From NCBI RefSeq assembly GCF_001194135.2, contig NC_068999.1, forward strand, positions 13,524,505-13,588,504: DNA of 64,000 nt. Direction: 5' to 3'. The notes under the pieces are model-generated. The model was not told the origin of the DNA. It made no database searches and saw only the letters and a program-made list of their open reading frames with translations. Source of the DNA: Octopus bimaculoides. Taxonomy: Eukaryota. Each line of letters starts with the position of its first letter. Positions within the stretch are counted from its first letter, which is position 1. This document shows positions 13,005 to 25,800 of the stretch, one piece after another. Both the position numbers and the translations under genes were made by a program.

Positions 13005-13420
13005 CTCATTATTTGATGAAAACTCTGTACATATTTTGCTCTGTATGATGGGAAGTGTCAGCCTTTCACAGTCAGCAGACTAATGTGACACTGGTTATGT
13101 TTGAAGAACCCTACGTAGAATTATTGCACTTCCAAACAATGCTGACTTTTGTAGGTGTTCTACCATTACATTTGTACGAATCTTTTTCACCCAGGTTGGT
13201 ACTAGTGTGTTGATACTTCCAAGTGCGCCTGTTATTATTGGTATCACGTCTACTTTCCTCATTGACCACAACCGTTGTATTTCTCACTTCAAATCGTCTT
13301 AGTTATTCGATGTTTCTTCTTTAACTTTGATCCTTTTTTGTCACCGTCACATGCTACGTCGATTATCATGAACGTTATTTAATTTTTATTCACCACAATA
13401 ATGCCCAATTCCGATGTCTG
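13005..13420 (-). mobile_element. 3' end of an R4/Dong-type LINE (restriction-like endonuclease), decayed
   Basis: Minus strand gives IIDVACDGD...EIQRLWSMRKVDVIPIITGALGS...WVKKI...EHLQKSALFGSAIILRRVL. Confidence 0.85.
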
Positions 13421-13444
13421 TCAAGGTAGGTGATCGCACTGAAA

Positions 13445-13630
13445 CAGTGCGGTGAGGCAGCAGAATCGTTACCAGCTGGGAAAAATGCCGCGTGGTATTT
13501 TGTCTGTCTTTACCATCTGATTTCAAATACTTCCGAAATCGAATTTAGCCTTTCATCCTCTGGTTGTCCATAAATTAAGTACCTGTGAATTGCTGGGGTC
13601 AACGTAATCAATTAGCCCCCTCCTACAAAT
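13445..13630 (+). mobile_element. tRNA-derived SINE, diverged
   Basis: The head GGTGAGGCAGCAGAATCGTT..., a B-box-like TTTCAAATAC, and the core TAAGTACC...CTGGGGTCAACGTAATCAA, which is shared with 17924-18035. Confidence 0.7.
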
Positions 13631-14309
13631 ATATGTTATTGTGTATTTAGTAGACATGATTATTATGTTCTCTCTCTCTCCCCGACTTTTGTCACTTAGC
13701 AGAAGCTTAGTGACTCAACACTTTTCTCAATACATGGACTATTCAAGCTTGCAGCCAACAGATATTTTTCCTATTATGATAGGTACTTTGCGTCTTTTGA
13801 CACAAGAATATTCCTTTATTTGAGATAGTCTCAAGTGCATGGATCAAATTTAGTACCACGCTAACCTATGAAGCTCTATAGACGCGTGTATTTTCCAGTG
13901 TTAGCTCATGGTACTTGCCTATTTTCTAGAACTCTGTTTTCACCGTAAACTTGTCTGCCATATAATCACGACGATGAAAGCCCATTGTTTGCGATCCCTC
14001 ATTAGGAGAGTGATATATGGCTGGTTCTATTGTAGCTTAGCGTCTGTGTAGGTTGGATCATCTCATGTGAGTTTCACCTGCACCATTTCTGCTACTGGGA
14101 AACTTATTGAATCATTCTTCGAGAGTGGACTCAAAAATTCATAAATTCACTGGGAAAGAATGATGCTATAACTGTGAAATCTCGCATACATTTATTTCGA
14201 CTTTGCCTATTAATATCAGTTCTCCCCTTCTCCAGGTAAACTGATATCCAACTGTTCAAAGAACATTTTCAAATTATAGACAGTAGCGACTTCTCGTAAA
14301 AATAAAAAA

Positions 14310-14560
14310 TGTGGTTGAAGTTCTGTACTCACGAAGAAGGATTTGTATTCATACTGATATTGTTGCTACATTAGGGGATCAAGCTCCAACTTTATAAACA
14401 ATGAAAATGCAGGGCTGGATTTAGGTGAACGGAGATTCTTGATGATCTTCCAACTACCGTAAGTTCTAAAGTACTGCTTCCTAGGAAAAGCATTGATCGT
14501 TTTCACCGCATTGTGATGGGACACAGGCAATTGTCCTCAGGTAGCAACGGCAAATCGAAG
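14310..14560 (+). mobile_element. Mariner transposase N-terminal remnant
   Basis: IHTDIVATLGDQAPTL...(E)DD.P...KIDRFHRIVMGHRQL with stops and frameshifts. A possible mariner C-terminal scrap (FFESGL..HWER) lies at about 14115-14165. Confidence 0.55.
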
Positions 14561-14623
14561 GAAACTGTGTGGTAATGTATTAATAAATGTTTGAAATATT
14601 CTCTATTCAACCTTGATTACGTG

Positions 14624-14636
14624 AGGAGAAGAAGAA

Positions 14637-14671
<35 letters not shown>

Positions 14672-14977
14672 AGAAAAGAAGCGGAGGAAGAGAAGATGGA
14701 AGAGGAAGTAGACGAATAATAAAAAAAGAGAAAAAACACAACAACAACGACGATGAGAACAACGATAAAAACCAACAGTAACAACAGAAGAAAAAAAACG
14801 AGAGGGAGTAGAACAGCAGCAAGAAGAAGAAGAAGAAGAAGAAGAAGAAGAAGAAGAAGAAGAAGAAGAAGACCAAGAAGAAGAAGAAGAAGAAGAAGGA
14901 GAAAGAGAAGAAGAAGAAGAAGAAGAAGAAGAAGAAGAAGAAGGAGAAAGAGAAGAATAAGAAGAAGAAGAAGAAGT

Positions 14978-15008
<31 letters not shown>

Positions 15009-15130
15009 GAAGAAGAAGAAGTAGAAGAAGAATAGGAATAAGAAGAAGGAGAAGAAGGAGAAGAAGAAGAAGAAGAAGAAGTAGAAGAAGAAGGAGAAGA
15101 AGAAGAAGAAGAAGAAGAAGAAGAAGGAGT

Positions 15131-15191
<61 letters not shown>

Positions 15192-15392
15192 GAAGAAGAA
15201 GTAGAAGAAGAAGTAGAAGAAGAATAAAAAGAAGAAGAATAATGAGAAGAAGAAGGAGAAGAAGAAGAAGAAGAAGAAGAAGAAGAAGAAGAAGAAGAAG
15301 AAGAAGAAGAAAGGGAATAAGAAGAAGACAAGGAAAAAGAAGAAGTAGAAGAAGAAGAAGAAGGAGAAGAAGGAGAAGAAGGAGAATAATAA

Positions 15393-15431
<39 letters not shown>

Positions 15432-15578
15432 GAAGAATAAGAAAAAAAGAAGCAGAAGAAAAAGAAGAAGAAGAAGTAGAAGAAGAAGTAGAAGAAGAAA
15501 AAGAAGAAGAAGTAGAAGAAGTAGAAGTAGACGAAGAAGAAGAAGAAAAAGAAGAAGTAGAAGAAGAAGAAGAAGAAG

Positions 15579-15610
<32 letters not shown>

Positions 15611-15636
15611 GTAGAAGAAGAAGAAGGAGAAGAAGG

Positions 15637-15667
<31 letters not shown>

Positions 15668-15704
15668 GAAGAAGGAGAAGAAGAAGAAGAAGAAGAAGAA
15701 GAAG

Positions 15705-15736
<32 letters not shown>

Positions 15737-15833
15737 GTAGTAGTAGTAGTAGTAGAAGAAGAAGAAGAAGAAGAAGAAGAACAAGAAGAACAAGAACAAG
15801 AACAAGAACAAGAAGAACAAGAAGAACAAGAAG
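14624..15833. repeat. About 1.2 kb imperfect (GAA)n polypurine tract
   Basis: Direct inspection. The poly-R/E/F/L/S ORFs are artefacts. Confidence 0.95.
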
Positions 15834-16992
15834 ATCTAGCACTGCTTTTCTCTGTATCATAAGTAATTACTGATTTTCAGACTAGTTTACACCATGTTAT
15901 ATATATTTTTTCCTCTACAATTTTAAGTTAGTGTCCAGGCGTAAGTTAGTTATTTACTCCTAAATATCAGCAGTATTTGGAAGCATTCCAGTGCACTTCG
16001 TTCCTTTATTTCTCTAAGTGACGTCATTAATGTTCTATCAATAGAAATGAAGTTAAGGTCAAATAAGCATTATATATATTTTTTTTTCTCCTTTATCAAC
16101 TCGTCAGACTATAACGAAAGTGATGTTGATTCTATTGCAAGATCAGTTGTCAGTTAGAGACCGAGAAATCTTTAAAATGAAACTTGACGTTTATTTGGCA
16201 ACTATATGGTGTTTTAATAACTAGCATCTTGATTAAAAAATCTGTCAAACCAAATAGCCGTATGATTTTCTTAATATATTAACTATATTTCGTTGGAAAA
16301 TTTTGAGGAGATAATACAAACTAGAGGAGATGTTTAATGTTTTACCAGATTAAGCACTCACTGTTACTACATATGTTTACACCTATAAAGGAATAAGCTA
16401 TCGTTTTATATATTTTCTTCTTTCGAACTAACGAAACACGAATAACATATATATTAGTTAAGTCAATATGTGACGTTCAGTAAATTTGGGATTATTTCAT
16501 CAATTTACTTCAAAATCAGGACTTAGCTTATGGCTGTGATTTACACACACGTACACACATACACACCACCCATACCTTGACAAGCACATAACGCACTCAC
16601 CCGCGCACGAACACAGGCATACGCATGCGCACAACCGTAGATTTAGGATTGTACTTTTGTAAGCAGAGATTTGATAAGACAAGTTATTATCAGGTATAAT
16701 GTTTCCAGTATCCCCCTCTTGTAAAACGTGATACAAAGATATGAAAGACGAACTTTATATAAAATACATTGCTTCAGCAAACCTCGGAATAATTGTCCCT
16801 GCTTCGCTTCATATTTATATCCCCAAATATAGAAAAAAAGTCTCATTGGGAAACGCGTGCATTTGATGTATTTTTACCCATTATTTCATTTCATATGGAG
16901 ACAGTATAACATTTTCAAAGAAAACCCGGTTTTAACGTAGCAATATCTTTTTATATGTTTGCATTTTTATAACATTATCCACCAAATTGCAG

Positions 16993-17040
16993 GTCTCAGA
17001 TTACGCATAAGGCGCCTAATACAAGTGTGTGACAATAAAG
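16993..17040 (+). CDS. Candidate 48-nt internal exon, (G)LRLRIRRLIQVCDNK(G); product unknown
   Basis: ttgcag| acceptor and AAG|gtgagc donor. It is phase 1-1 and only one frame is open. No homology recognised, so it could be chance. Confidence 0.2.
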
Positions 17041-17923
17041 GTGAGCAACTGGTTAAATTTACGGTTGGTTCGCTTCCAACGACGAACACATGGAAATTGT
17101 ACTTGTTACAAGAGAATGTGTTTTACAGTTTTCCTTCAAATGTACATAGCATTTTCAGAATATCATTGCACTTTCCATGAACAAATACGAGAATAAGGAA
17201 ATATATTCAGTTGAGTACTTCTACTTTTCCTATCATATTGTCTGAATAAACTCATCAAGGAAATACTTCTAAGTATTAATAAAACAATTTTACAAACTTG
17301 CGTGAAAACCGTGGACTCTAATTTGATTTTGGAGGAAACACCCATATATTCACATGTATATTCAGAAATGCCATTTGCTTATGATTCTGAGAAGATTAAC
17401 TTAATGCAAGGCAACTGCTGAGAATATTTCTGAGAACAATATCAACAAACATGATAAGAGCAATTATCATTATTATAGGTTTGACTTTTGGTTTGCATTT
17501 GTATAAGGTGACTCCAAATCTCATAAAAGAGACCTCAAGAGACGACAAGTTATATGTTCATGTTGGAGCTATGACTAGAGTGCCATATTTGGTTTTGTAC
17601 AAAGTATTCTTCTAGAGAATATTTAAGAAATCATAAGAAAATTACGAGTATGTCTAAAAATTTGAGATTACATAGACAGTATTTTACGTAGGATAAATGC
17701 AGTTCCCATGAGCACTAATTTTAGAATTTCTGCTATTTTGGAATTTCACGGTATTTACGCTAGGTAGCAATCAACCCCTTTTGCTATCATTCCTAGGGCA
17801 CCTTTGAAAACAGGTATTGATTTAGGCTTTTCACATTTTGCCAATTTCTGTTTCAACAGCTTTACACTCGCACAGTGTTTGGTAGGACTTTGCAGATACG
17901 TTTATGCTGATTGAGACAGTCAT

Positions 17924-18035
17924 ATCGATAAATTAAGTACCATTTAAGCACTGGGGTCGATATAATCGACTTAATCCCTTTGTCTGTCCTAGTTTGTCCC
18001 CTCTATGTTTAGCCTCTAGTGGGCAATAAAGAAAT
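17924..18035 (+). mobile_element. SINE 3' fragment
   Basis: GATAAATTAAGTACC...CACTGGGGTCGATATAATCGACTT core shared with other SINE copies in the window. Confidence 0.7.
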
Positions 18036-19162
18036 ACGTATTTCACATTGCTTATCAGCTACATTCAGTATTTCTATCATTACTGCATTTTTATCCGGTC
18101 TGTACTTCTTTAGCTCCAACTTCGTTCTTTGTATCCCCTACTGATTGTTTAATGCGATCAATCTCTAATTCATGTTGCTTCTGGCATTTGCAACTTTGCT
18201 ACAATCTACATTGAAGCGCAGGAGAAACACGAGACGCAAGAGAAATCCGAGAAAGCTCAACAATTTAAGGTCAAGCAACTGATATGCAAATCTCTGACTC
18301 TGAGCTGTAACCCATATTTCTAGAGAGATTATGTTCTTCCTTTGGTGGCATATATTTTAAAAATATTTTACACAAACCATCATGTGCATAGAAAACAATA
18401 TACATTAATCTCTATTTTTGTAAGTAATTGTATGTATATAGCATGTCTATATTTTTGTATGCAGTGTAAAGTAAAGAAATATAACCATATTGCAAATATC
18501 TTGCACACTTGCAACTGCTGCGATAATTATGGACGGTTAATTGAACAGCGGATGTGTATTTTTACATAAATTGGACCTGTCACGTATTTGGCTTTTGTCA
18601 AGTGTTTGTTTAGCTGCATGTGTGGGCTTAATAAGGTAGGTAACAGGCACACAAATACACACACACTCAGACAACATACACATTCATATAAAAATGTGAC
18701 GATACAGACACTTACATAGAGTAAGAGAGACACGTACACTCATACATACACGCATGATAGTCGTCACCTGTGTATACATTTGTGTAGATGTGTGTGTATG
18801 TTTAATAATGTACCTTAGGCGGAAACACACACACATAGGGACATATACACTCATGCACCCACACACATAGGCTCAAAGACACATGCACGTTCATATATGT
18901 GATATTGTCGTCGTAGTAGTTTGAAACCTCCTTTACTAACTTGTACGCATCGAACACGCTAAGAAACACGCAAAATTGAAAGAATAAAAGTGAAGAGATA
19001 TTACAAAACGGCTTTCGATAGGGGGGGATGTAAATATTGTATTTAAATAGACGTCGAGCAGAAAATTAGAAATACGTAAGGAGAGCGTACAAATAAAGTG
19101 AGGACAAATATATTTACGCCCGACAAAAATGAAATATATTGCAGCCGATTTTCAGAGAGAGA

Positions 19163-19232
<70 letters not shown>

Positions 19233-19543
19233 CAGACACACAAAGACGCTGAGAGAGAGAGAGAGAGATTTGGTGAGTGAAAGAAGCAGATATCTGTATA
19301 TGTGAACGTGAGTTAATTAGAGAAGGAGAGAGAGAAAAGGGAGTGAATAGCTTGAAAACTGCAGAGATCAAAGGAAGAGAATCAGTTTAAAACTGCAGTT
19401 TTTTAGGGAGAAAAAGAAACACATTTGAAAAACCCATCGATTTCTCGCATTACCTTGGAGATTTTGGCAAAATGTTATCGTCCATGACTATCCGTGGTAG
19501 ATAAGTAATATGCCGAGGTGGCGTAACTTGAAGGTGAAGGTTT

Positions 19544-20026
19544 GTGATGGAGGTGGAGGAGACATCAGCTGAGGTTACCAAGGGAAAGATCAGAAAACAA
19601 GTGGACTCACCTCTGAAGAGCCCAATAGGAACGGAGACAGAGCATAAGGTACACATGTTTTACTACATGAACCTCCAACAGCCTCAGCAGCGAAGGAGAA
19701 AGATAGGGAGGCCATCACAGAGAGCCCAGTTCCACCGCACGAACGAACAGTCGGGAACTCGGAAGGAACATATGGCATATTGTAGCATATATAAGGCGAT
19801 CATATGTGGAGAGGAATTCGCCAAATTTGAATCAGTGATAGGAGTTGGTCTGCGAACGTACCGTTGCCCAGAGCGTGCAAAAGCCATAGTGGTAGACAGG
19901 GAGAGTTGTGAGAGATTGAGGAGGTGGTTTGGATGCGAAATGAACTTAATGGATGTGACGGAGGAGCTTGGTGATATAACGCCGGTTATGGATTGCGATG
20001 ACTTCTTACAATATATTAAATGGTAA
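19544..20026 (+). pseudogene. 160-codon non-repetitive ORF, probable retroelement ORF remnant
   Basis: Purine- and GC-rich island (19445-20026) with in-frame stops upstream of 19544. It has a decayed Cys/His spacing (KEHMAYC...CGEE...YRCP). No confident family assignment. Confidence 0.35.
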
Positions 20027-20300
20027 AGCGTGAGTAAGTTTTCAAATTTTTTAACGATTACACACTTGATAATAAAAGGGAGAAAGGAGAAAGAAAGGAT
20101 ATAAAACTGTGTATTAAAACAGCTAAATGATACTGCTTCAGAGTGGATTTCAAACAACCATTACATGCTCATGTAAATACTATACACTCTCATTCATACT
20201 ATTTTATGCTCTTTGTCCCCAATGTGGTGTTCTGTCTGTCCTTCTGCCATCCCCCACTGCGTCATGGACTGTGTAATAAATAATGAATAATGGTCGGCTA

Positions 20301-20350
20301 AGATACGCCGTTCGGACGAGTCCCGTAGAGACGACGAAATACGTCGTCAT
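20301..20350 (+). ncRNA. Highly degenerate HHR-like motif
   Basis: CGGACGA GUCCC-GUA-GAGAC (GAC) GAAA UACGUC: CUGACGA with U4>G, stem II 4/5, an extra GAC, and stem I uncertain. Confidence 0.3.
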
Positions 20351-21689
20351 CATGGGACATATCAAATTAACATATCGAATTAGTATACAAATTAGATAAT
20401 GATTCTCTCGTCAATTGAAGAAATAATCGGAGACAAGCTATTTGATAGAGAAATGCGTTACATTTGTTGCATTTCCTACGGTTATAATTAAAATTCAATA
20501 ATTTTGTTTTCGTTAATTGAAGATATAATAAAGTTATGTGATAGAGAAAAGACAACTTTAAGACATTTATACTTCATAATATCATGATATCTATTTTTCT
20601 TTGTATACTGTTTAGAGAAATATTTGTATAATGCCCCGAACAAATTATTCTTAATTTGCTTTGTGAAAGGAATTATAAACCGAATAATATCTTTCCTATC
20701 AGGAGATGCATAATAATTTTCTAATTTTTGAACCTTGTGAAATATATACGGGTTTTGTTTTTTAATACTCTATTATGCATGTTCATAATCGTGCTTGGAT
20801 AATTAGAAGAACGATGGAATAAATTGGTTATCGTGTTTTGAATATCATATTCGCTTATCATTTAACGTTACCTACCATAACCTTATTCCTATTCCTGGCA
20901 GTTTGTTTAAAATCTTTACTAATAATGTAAGATACATTGATGTTATTAGAGATGATGATTCATATATTTAGGATAATACTTCTATTTTTTAATATACCTG
21001 GTTTTACGGAGTGCCACACTAGAGAAGTGGAAATTTTTGACAAAAATAGCTTTATTAGACGATAGATAACAAATTCTTTTAGAGATATTTTACACCCAAA
21101 AATTCTTTACAGAACAGGGACGGTTACGTTTGACATCCATATGCGTAACATTGGAGTTAGGCATATAATATAAAACACTCATTTGCCACTAATGAGATTA
21201 AGATTAACACCGAGGATTTTAACCGATTCATGTTCATTTTCGATCGTTATAATGAACCTGAATTTTAAAACAATTTAAAAAAGTTCTTCTTAGTTCCAGT
21301 TTTCTATTAGGTAGGTTAGTAATGGAATGGCAAACAGGGCATCGTCCCTATATAAACCTCCCGCAATTTCAAGAGAATCAAGTCCTAATATAACAGCTAT
21401 ATAGATACCAGCTAATACTGTAAAGTGGTAACAATCTGCAGATCCCATGGCTATATGAAAGCTGCCATTATTATCAATCTTAGCACAATAATTATTTTCA
21501 AATACATACTTACATATATATATATATAAGGTTGAGGAGGGTATTGGATTTAACTAAACCCAAAAGGATACAGGTAATACCGAGTAAGTGTTGTATACCG
21601 ACTAGTTTTGCCCCAGTCGTTGTATGAACAGGATTGAGGATTATAAGTCGTGTATTAGCGTGTGCATATATACATATATAAAAGGATAA

Positions 21690-22125
21690 AGAGAGCAATG
21701 GTAAGGTTGGAAATATATTTTATGGATAGAGACTTGCAGCTGTTTCTGGGAAGACCCAGTACTTCCCTTCATCGGAGACAGAAATAGTAAAGGAATCGAT
21801 CATTATATCCATAGGCGGAGAGTTTTAGTATGAAGTGATAGTGAGTGTGATGTGCTGAAAAAAGAAAGAAAGAGAGAACAGTACTTGGAGTGTTTGTTTC
21901 ATTCCAGTAGTAAGTATCCGTGTAGAGTAATCATTGTGGGTATAATCCGGAAATAGTTGCTGCAGCAAAGACTGAGATAGCAGAGGTGAATATATGCCAT
22001 ATTGTTTCCGAGGTATTTTGCTTGTGTTCACTTGAAGGATGCCCAGGTCTTGACCTGTGTTGTGAAGAGATATATCGTGTACTATCTCATTGAAAATATT
22101 CGAGAATTTACACACTTGCGCTGAG
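21690..22125 (-). mobile_element. Penelope-like element 3' remnant (decayed GIY-YIG endonuclease and pLTR with HHR)
   Basis: Frameshifted minus-strand peptides (SNI..., TGQD...SEHKQ..., ...GM) follow the PLE GIY-YIG C-terminal pattern and lie immediately upstream of the HHR. Confidence 0.5.
21730..21780 (-). ncRNA. Degenerate minimal hammerhead ribozyme
   Basis: Minus strand reads UGUCU CCGAUGA A GGGAAG-UACUGGGU-CUUCCC A GAA ACAGCUG CA / AGUCU. It has a 6-bp stem II and a near-palindromic helix III. Lesions are U4>C and U16.1>C. Confidence 0.6.
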
Positions 22126-22150
22126 ATATTTATTTCATTTTGTGTGTCGA

Positions 22151-22213
<63 letters not shown>

Positions 22214-22633
22214 CATGTATTTATAGTTACGTATGTGTGTGTGAGAGAGTGTTTGTTTGCGCTTGAACTGTTGGTAGGAGTGTATGCATCTAAGTGTGCG
22301 AATGTTTGTGCATATTTCTTATTTTTTAAGGATTCTATATTTGTAGTAACGCTGCGTGTGTATCTGCGCATTTCATAACTAGTGTTATTCAAAAATATTT
22401 ACTGTGTGCAATTGATAATTTTGATTGGCAGCTTAAAAGCCAAGTTTACAATACTTTAATAGCTGCGAACATTTGTGTTCTTGGCAACACAATTATCCAA
22501 ATATGAAAACTGAAATGAAGGAAGTGTAAACAAATGGACAGACGTGATGTCAGATTTTGAACGTCTCTATTACTGTCATTACTATTATCATGGATATTAT
22601 TGACATTTTCTTACAATTATTACTGTTTCTTCG

Positions 22634-22916
<283 letters not shown>

Positions 22917-25559
22917 NNNNNNNNNNNNNNNNNNNNNNNNNNNNNNNNNNNNNNNNNNNNNNNNNNNNNNNNNNNNNNNNNNNNNNNNNNNNNNNNNNNN
23001 NNNNNNNNNNNNNNNNNNNNNNNNNNNNNNNNNNNNNNNNNNNNNNNNNNNNNNNNNNNNNNNNNNNNNNNNNNNNNNNNNNNNNNNNNNNNNNNNNNNN
23101 NNNNNNNNNNNNNNNNNNNNNNNNNNNNNNNNNNNNNNNNNNNNNNNNNNNNNNNNNNNNNNNNNNNNNNNNNNNNNNNNNNNNNNNNNNNNNNNNNNNN
23201 NNNNNNNNNNNNNNNNNNNNNNNNNNNNNNNNNNNNNNNNNNNNNNNNNNNNNNNNNNNNNNNNNNNNNNNNNNNNNNNNNNNNNNNNNNNNNNNNNNNN
23301 NNNNNNNNNNNNNNNNNNNNNNNNNNNNNNNNNNNNNNNNNNNNNNNNNNNNNNNNNNNNNNNNNNNNNNNNNNNNNNNNNNNNNNNNNNNNNNNNNNNN
23401 NNNNNNNNNNNNNNNNNNNNNNNNNNNNNNNNNNAAAGTGAGAGAGAGAGTGTGACAATAGAATTGGATAGAGTGTATTAAATTAGATAAACAGTTATAT
23501 ATAGCTATATAGATGAGTATTACTCCAAGCAGCTCTTGAATTCCACCAAGAACCTCAGTAGTATTACATAATTGAACAAGAGGTAATTATACAAGCTAGA
23601 AACCTATATGACGTCTGAGAAATTGTAGTGGTTTCAGGAATGTTGGCAGTTATTTTATTTACGACACCCTATGATAAAACCCGTCGGATGGAACACATAC
23701 TAATCGCCGTTGTTACTGGCGTTATATAATAACTATCCATCTTACGCACTCTCCTTTCCGCATGGGTCTTATTCTAATTTCAGTGCACTTGTTTGTAGTT
23801 CATGTATCTGATGCATACATAATGGTGGGCATCGCAAGTTTCTTCTTAGCACATGGGCAAATTACTCCTCACAATGTGAAGCAATTTAGTACAGGCTCCC
23901 CATCTTGATGTTAATGTTGTTCAATTATTTTGACCTAACTTTTATCCCTATATGAATATTATTTGTCTAGGTGAGATATATTGGTTTTCCTCATGCGTTA
24001 CTACATTTACAGCTGCGAGGTGATGGTTGGGGATTATATAAACATGCAGAGTGCATTAAGGAGAGATATATAAACCAAGTTCAAATCTGAATCCACATGT
24101 TTTGATTCCTTGTATTGGTTCTATGTGTATTTCCGTTGATTCTTTAATGTTAGCGAAAATCAGTATAGAATTTTCAGTGAATTTGAGACGATTTGGAATG
24201 CATCCGTTTATATTTGTTTCTTTATATGGTCAATATATATGTTTCAATTATTTTTAAATACAACTGTGAATAATTTGGTTGATATGGTGCATCGTCGACT
24301 ACTTTACCAAATTTTGCATCAATAGTTTTCTGGATTATCGTTTTTGCAGTTCTACAGCCGTTGTACAAATTCCGTAACGACGTAGTCATCTTCAATTCTC
24401 TTTCCTCTACTGCTCTCAGTATATCATAAATTTCCAAGAAATCAAGATTTCTCAAAATACAGAAATGTTTAACACAATGGTATGTTGTAAGTTTAGTTTG
24501 TAGCACGTATGCAGTGTAGAGTGCTATAGTTTGTCCTGAAGCGAGTCTATTTTGCTTTGAGTGTTCTCATCTCAATTAATTGTGTTATGATTTTTTTTAA
24601 AGGGCTTGTATAAATGTGACAAGGCTGATTATTCTATAATAGTTTAGATCTTGGTATCTCATTTTTATAAAGAAGTATAATTTCGGAAGTTTCTCACAAA
24701 TCCGGTATCTTATGTTGATGTGTGCATGTTGCATATAATTTAGCTAATATCTTCCATTGGAACAACCACTTTTATTATGTGTATTTCAATGTTTTTCGTA
24801 TCCGCAGTTATCTTGTTTTACATTTCCTTTACAACATTTGTAAATCCAGTCTCTAAAAAGTCTGGTTGTGTTTTTCATTCAGGTATTGATTTTACGAGGT
24901 TAATTGTCTGTCAGTGTTAACTTTTTGACAGAACGCTGTCTCCGAATTGCTTGAGACTCACAAATCGAAATTCTTTTCTTTTTCTTTAGATAGCTATTTT
25001 ACCAAGCATATTTGCTCCTTCTTCTCTGTGAGAATGAAGCGTGTTACATCACTTATTTATTATTCATATTTTTTTTCCCTTTAAAGTTGCTTAAACGGTA
25101 TATGTTTTTTTTCTTTTTTTCTTTATGTGTCCACTCTTGTATGTATTTGTGTGTGAACAACATAAACATTACATGTGTTTATGTATATGCAAAAAACAGT
25201 AAAGTAGAAACGGAAGCGTCTATATTTATAGAAATGAACATATATATATATATGATTAATAGTTTTACACAGCTGTTTTTTTATAGAATGATTGTCTTTT
25301 TTACGTGCTGTTTCCTATGTTGCCCAGGGATATATCAGCTTTACTTGTTGCTTATATTTACCCGCACGTGTCTTATATATGAAAGAACTACTTCAGCTTC
25401 TTAAGACGACTTACATTAAAAAAAAAAAATTGTTTATCATTTTACTAGGAGTTGAGTGGGGTGCTTTTGATAACTCCTGTCCGGCGATGACCTCGGATTT
25501 AATTTTTTCTCTCAATGAGTTCGTTAATGCAATAACGATATAATAATAAGAACAAAAGC

Positions 25560-25800
25560 TACAGCAACAACAACAAACTAATCTTAATGATAATAATAAT
25601 GATGATGATGATGATGATAATAATAATAATAATTTCAACAACAACAATAATAATAATAATAATGATAATAATAATAAAAATAGTGATTCTAAAAATGATA
25701 ATTACTATTATTATTATCATCATCGTCATCCTCCACGACCTCCTCTCCCTCCTCCGCATCATCATCATCATCATCATCATCATAATTATCACTATTTGAA
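25560..25800. repeat. Compound AAC/GAT/AAT then ATT/CAT trinucleotide region
   Basis: Direct inspection. Confidence 0.85.

Noticed and set aside
19608-19650. CTGAAGAGCCCAATAGG... hammerhead-like start inside the ORF
   Set aside because: There is no GAAA or helix III.
24222-24506. 94-aa minus-strand ORF with a protein-like middle
   Set aside because: There is no recognisable motif and the acceptor is poor.
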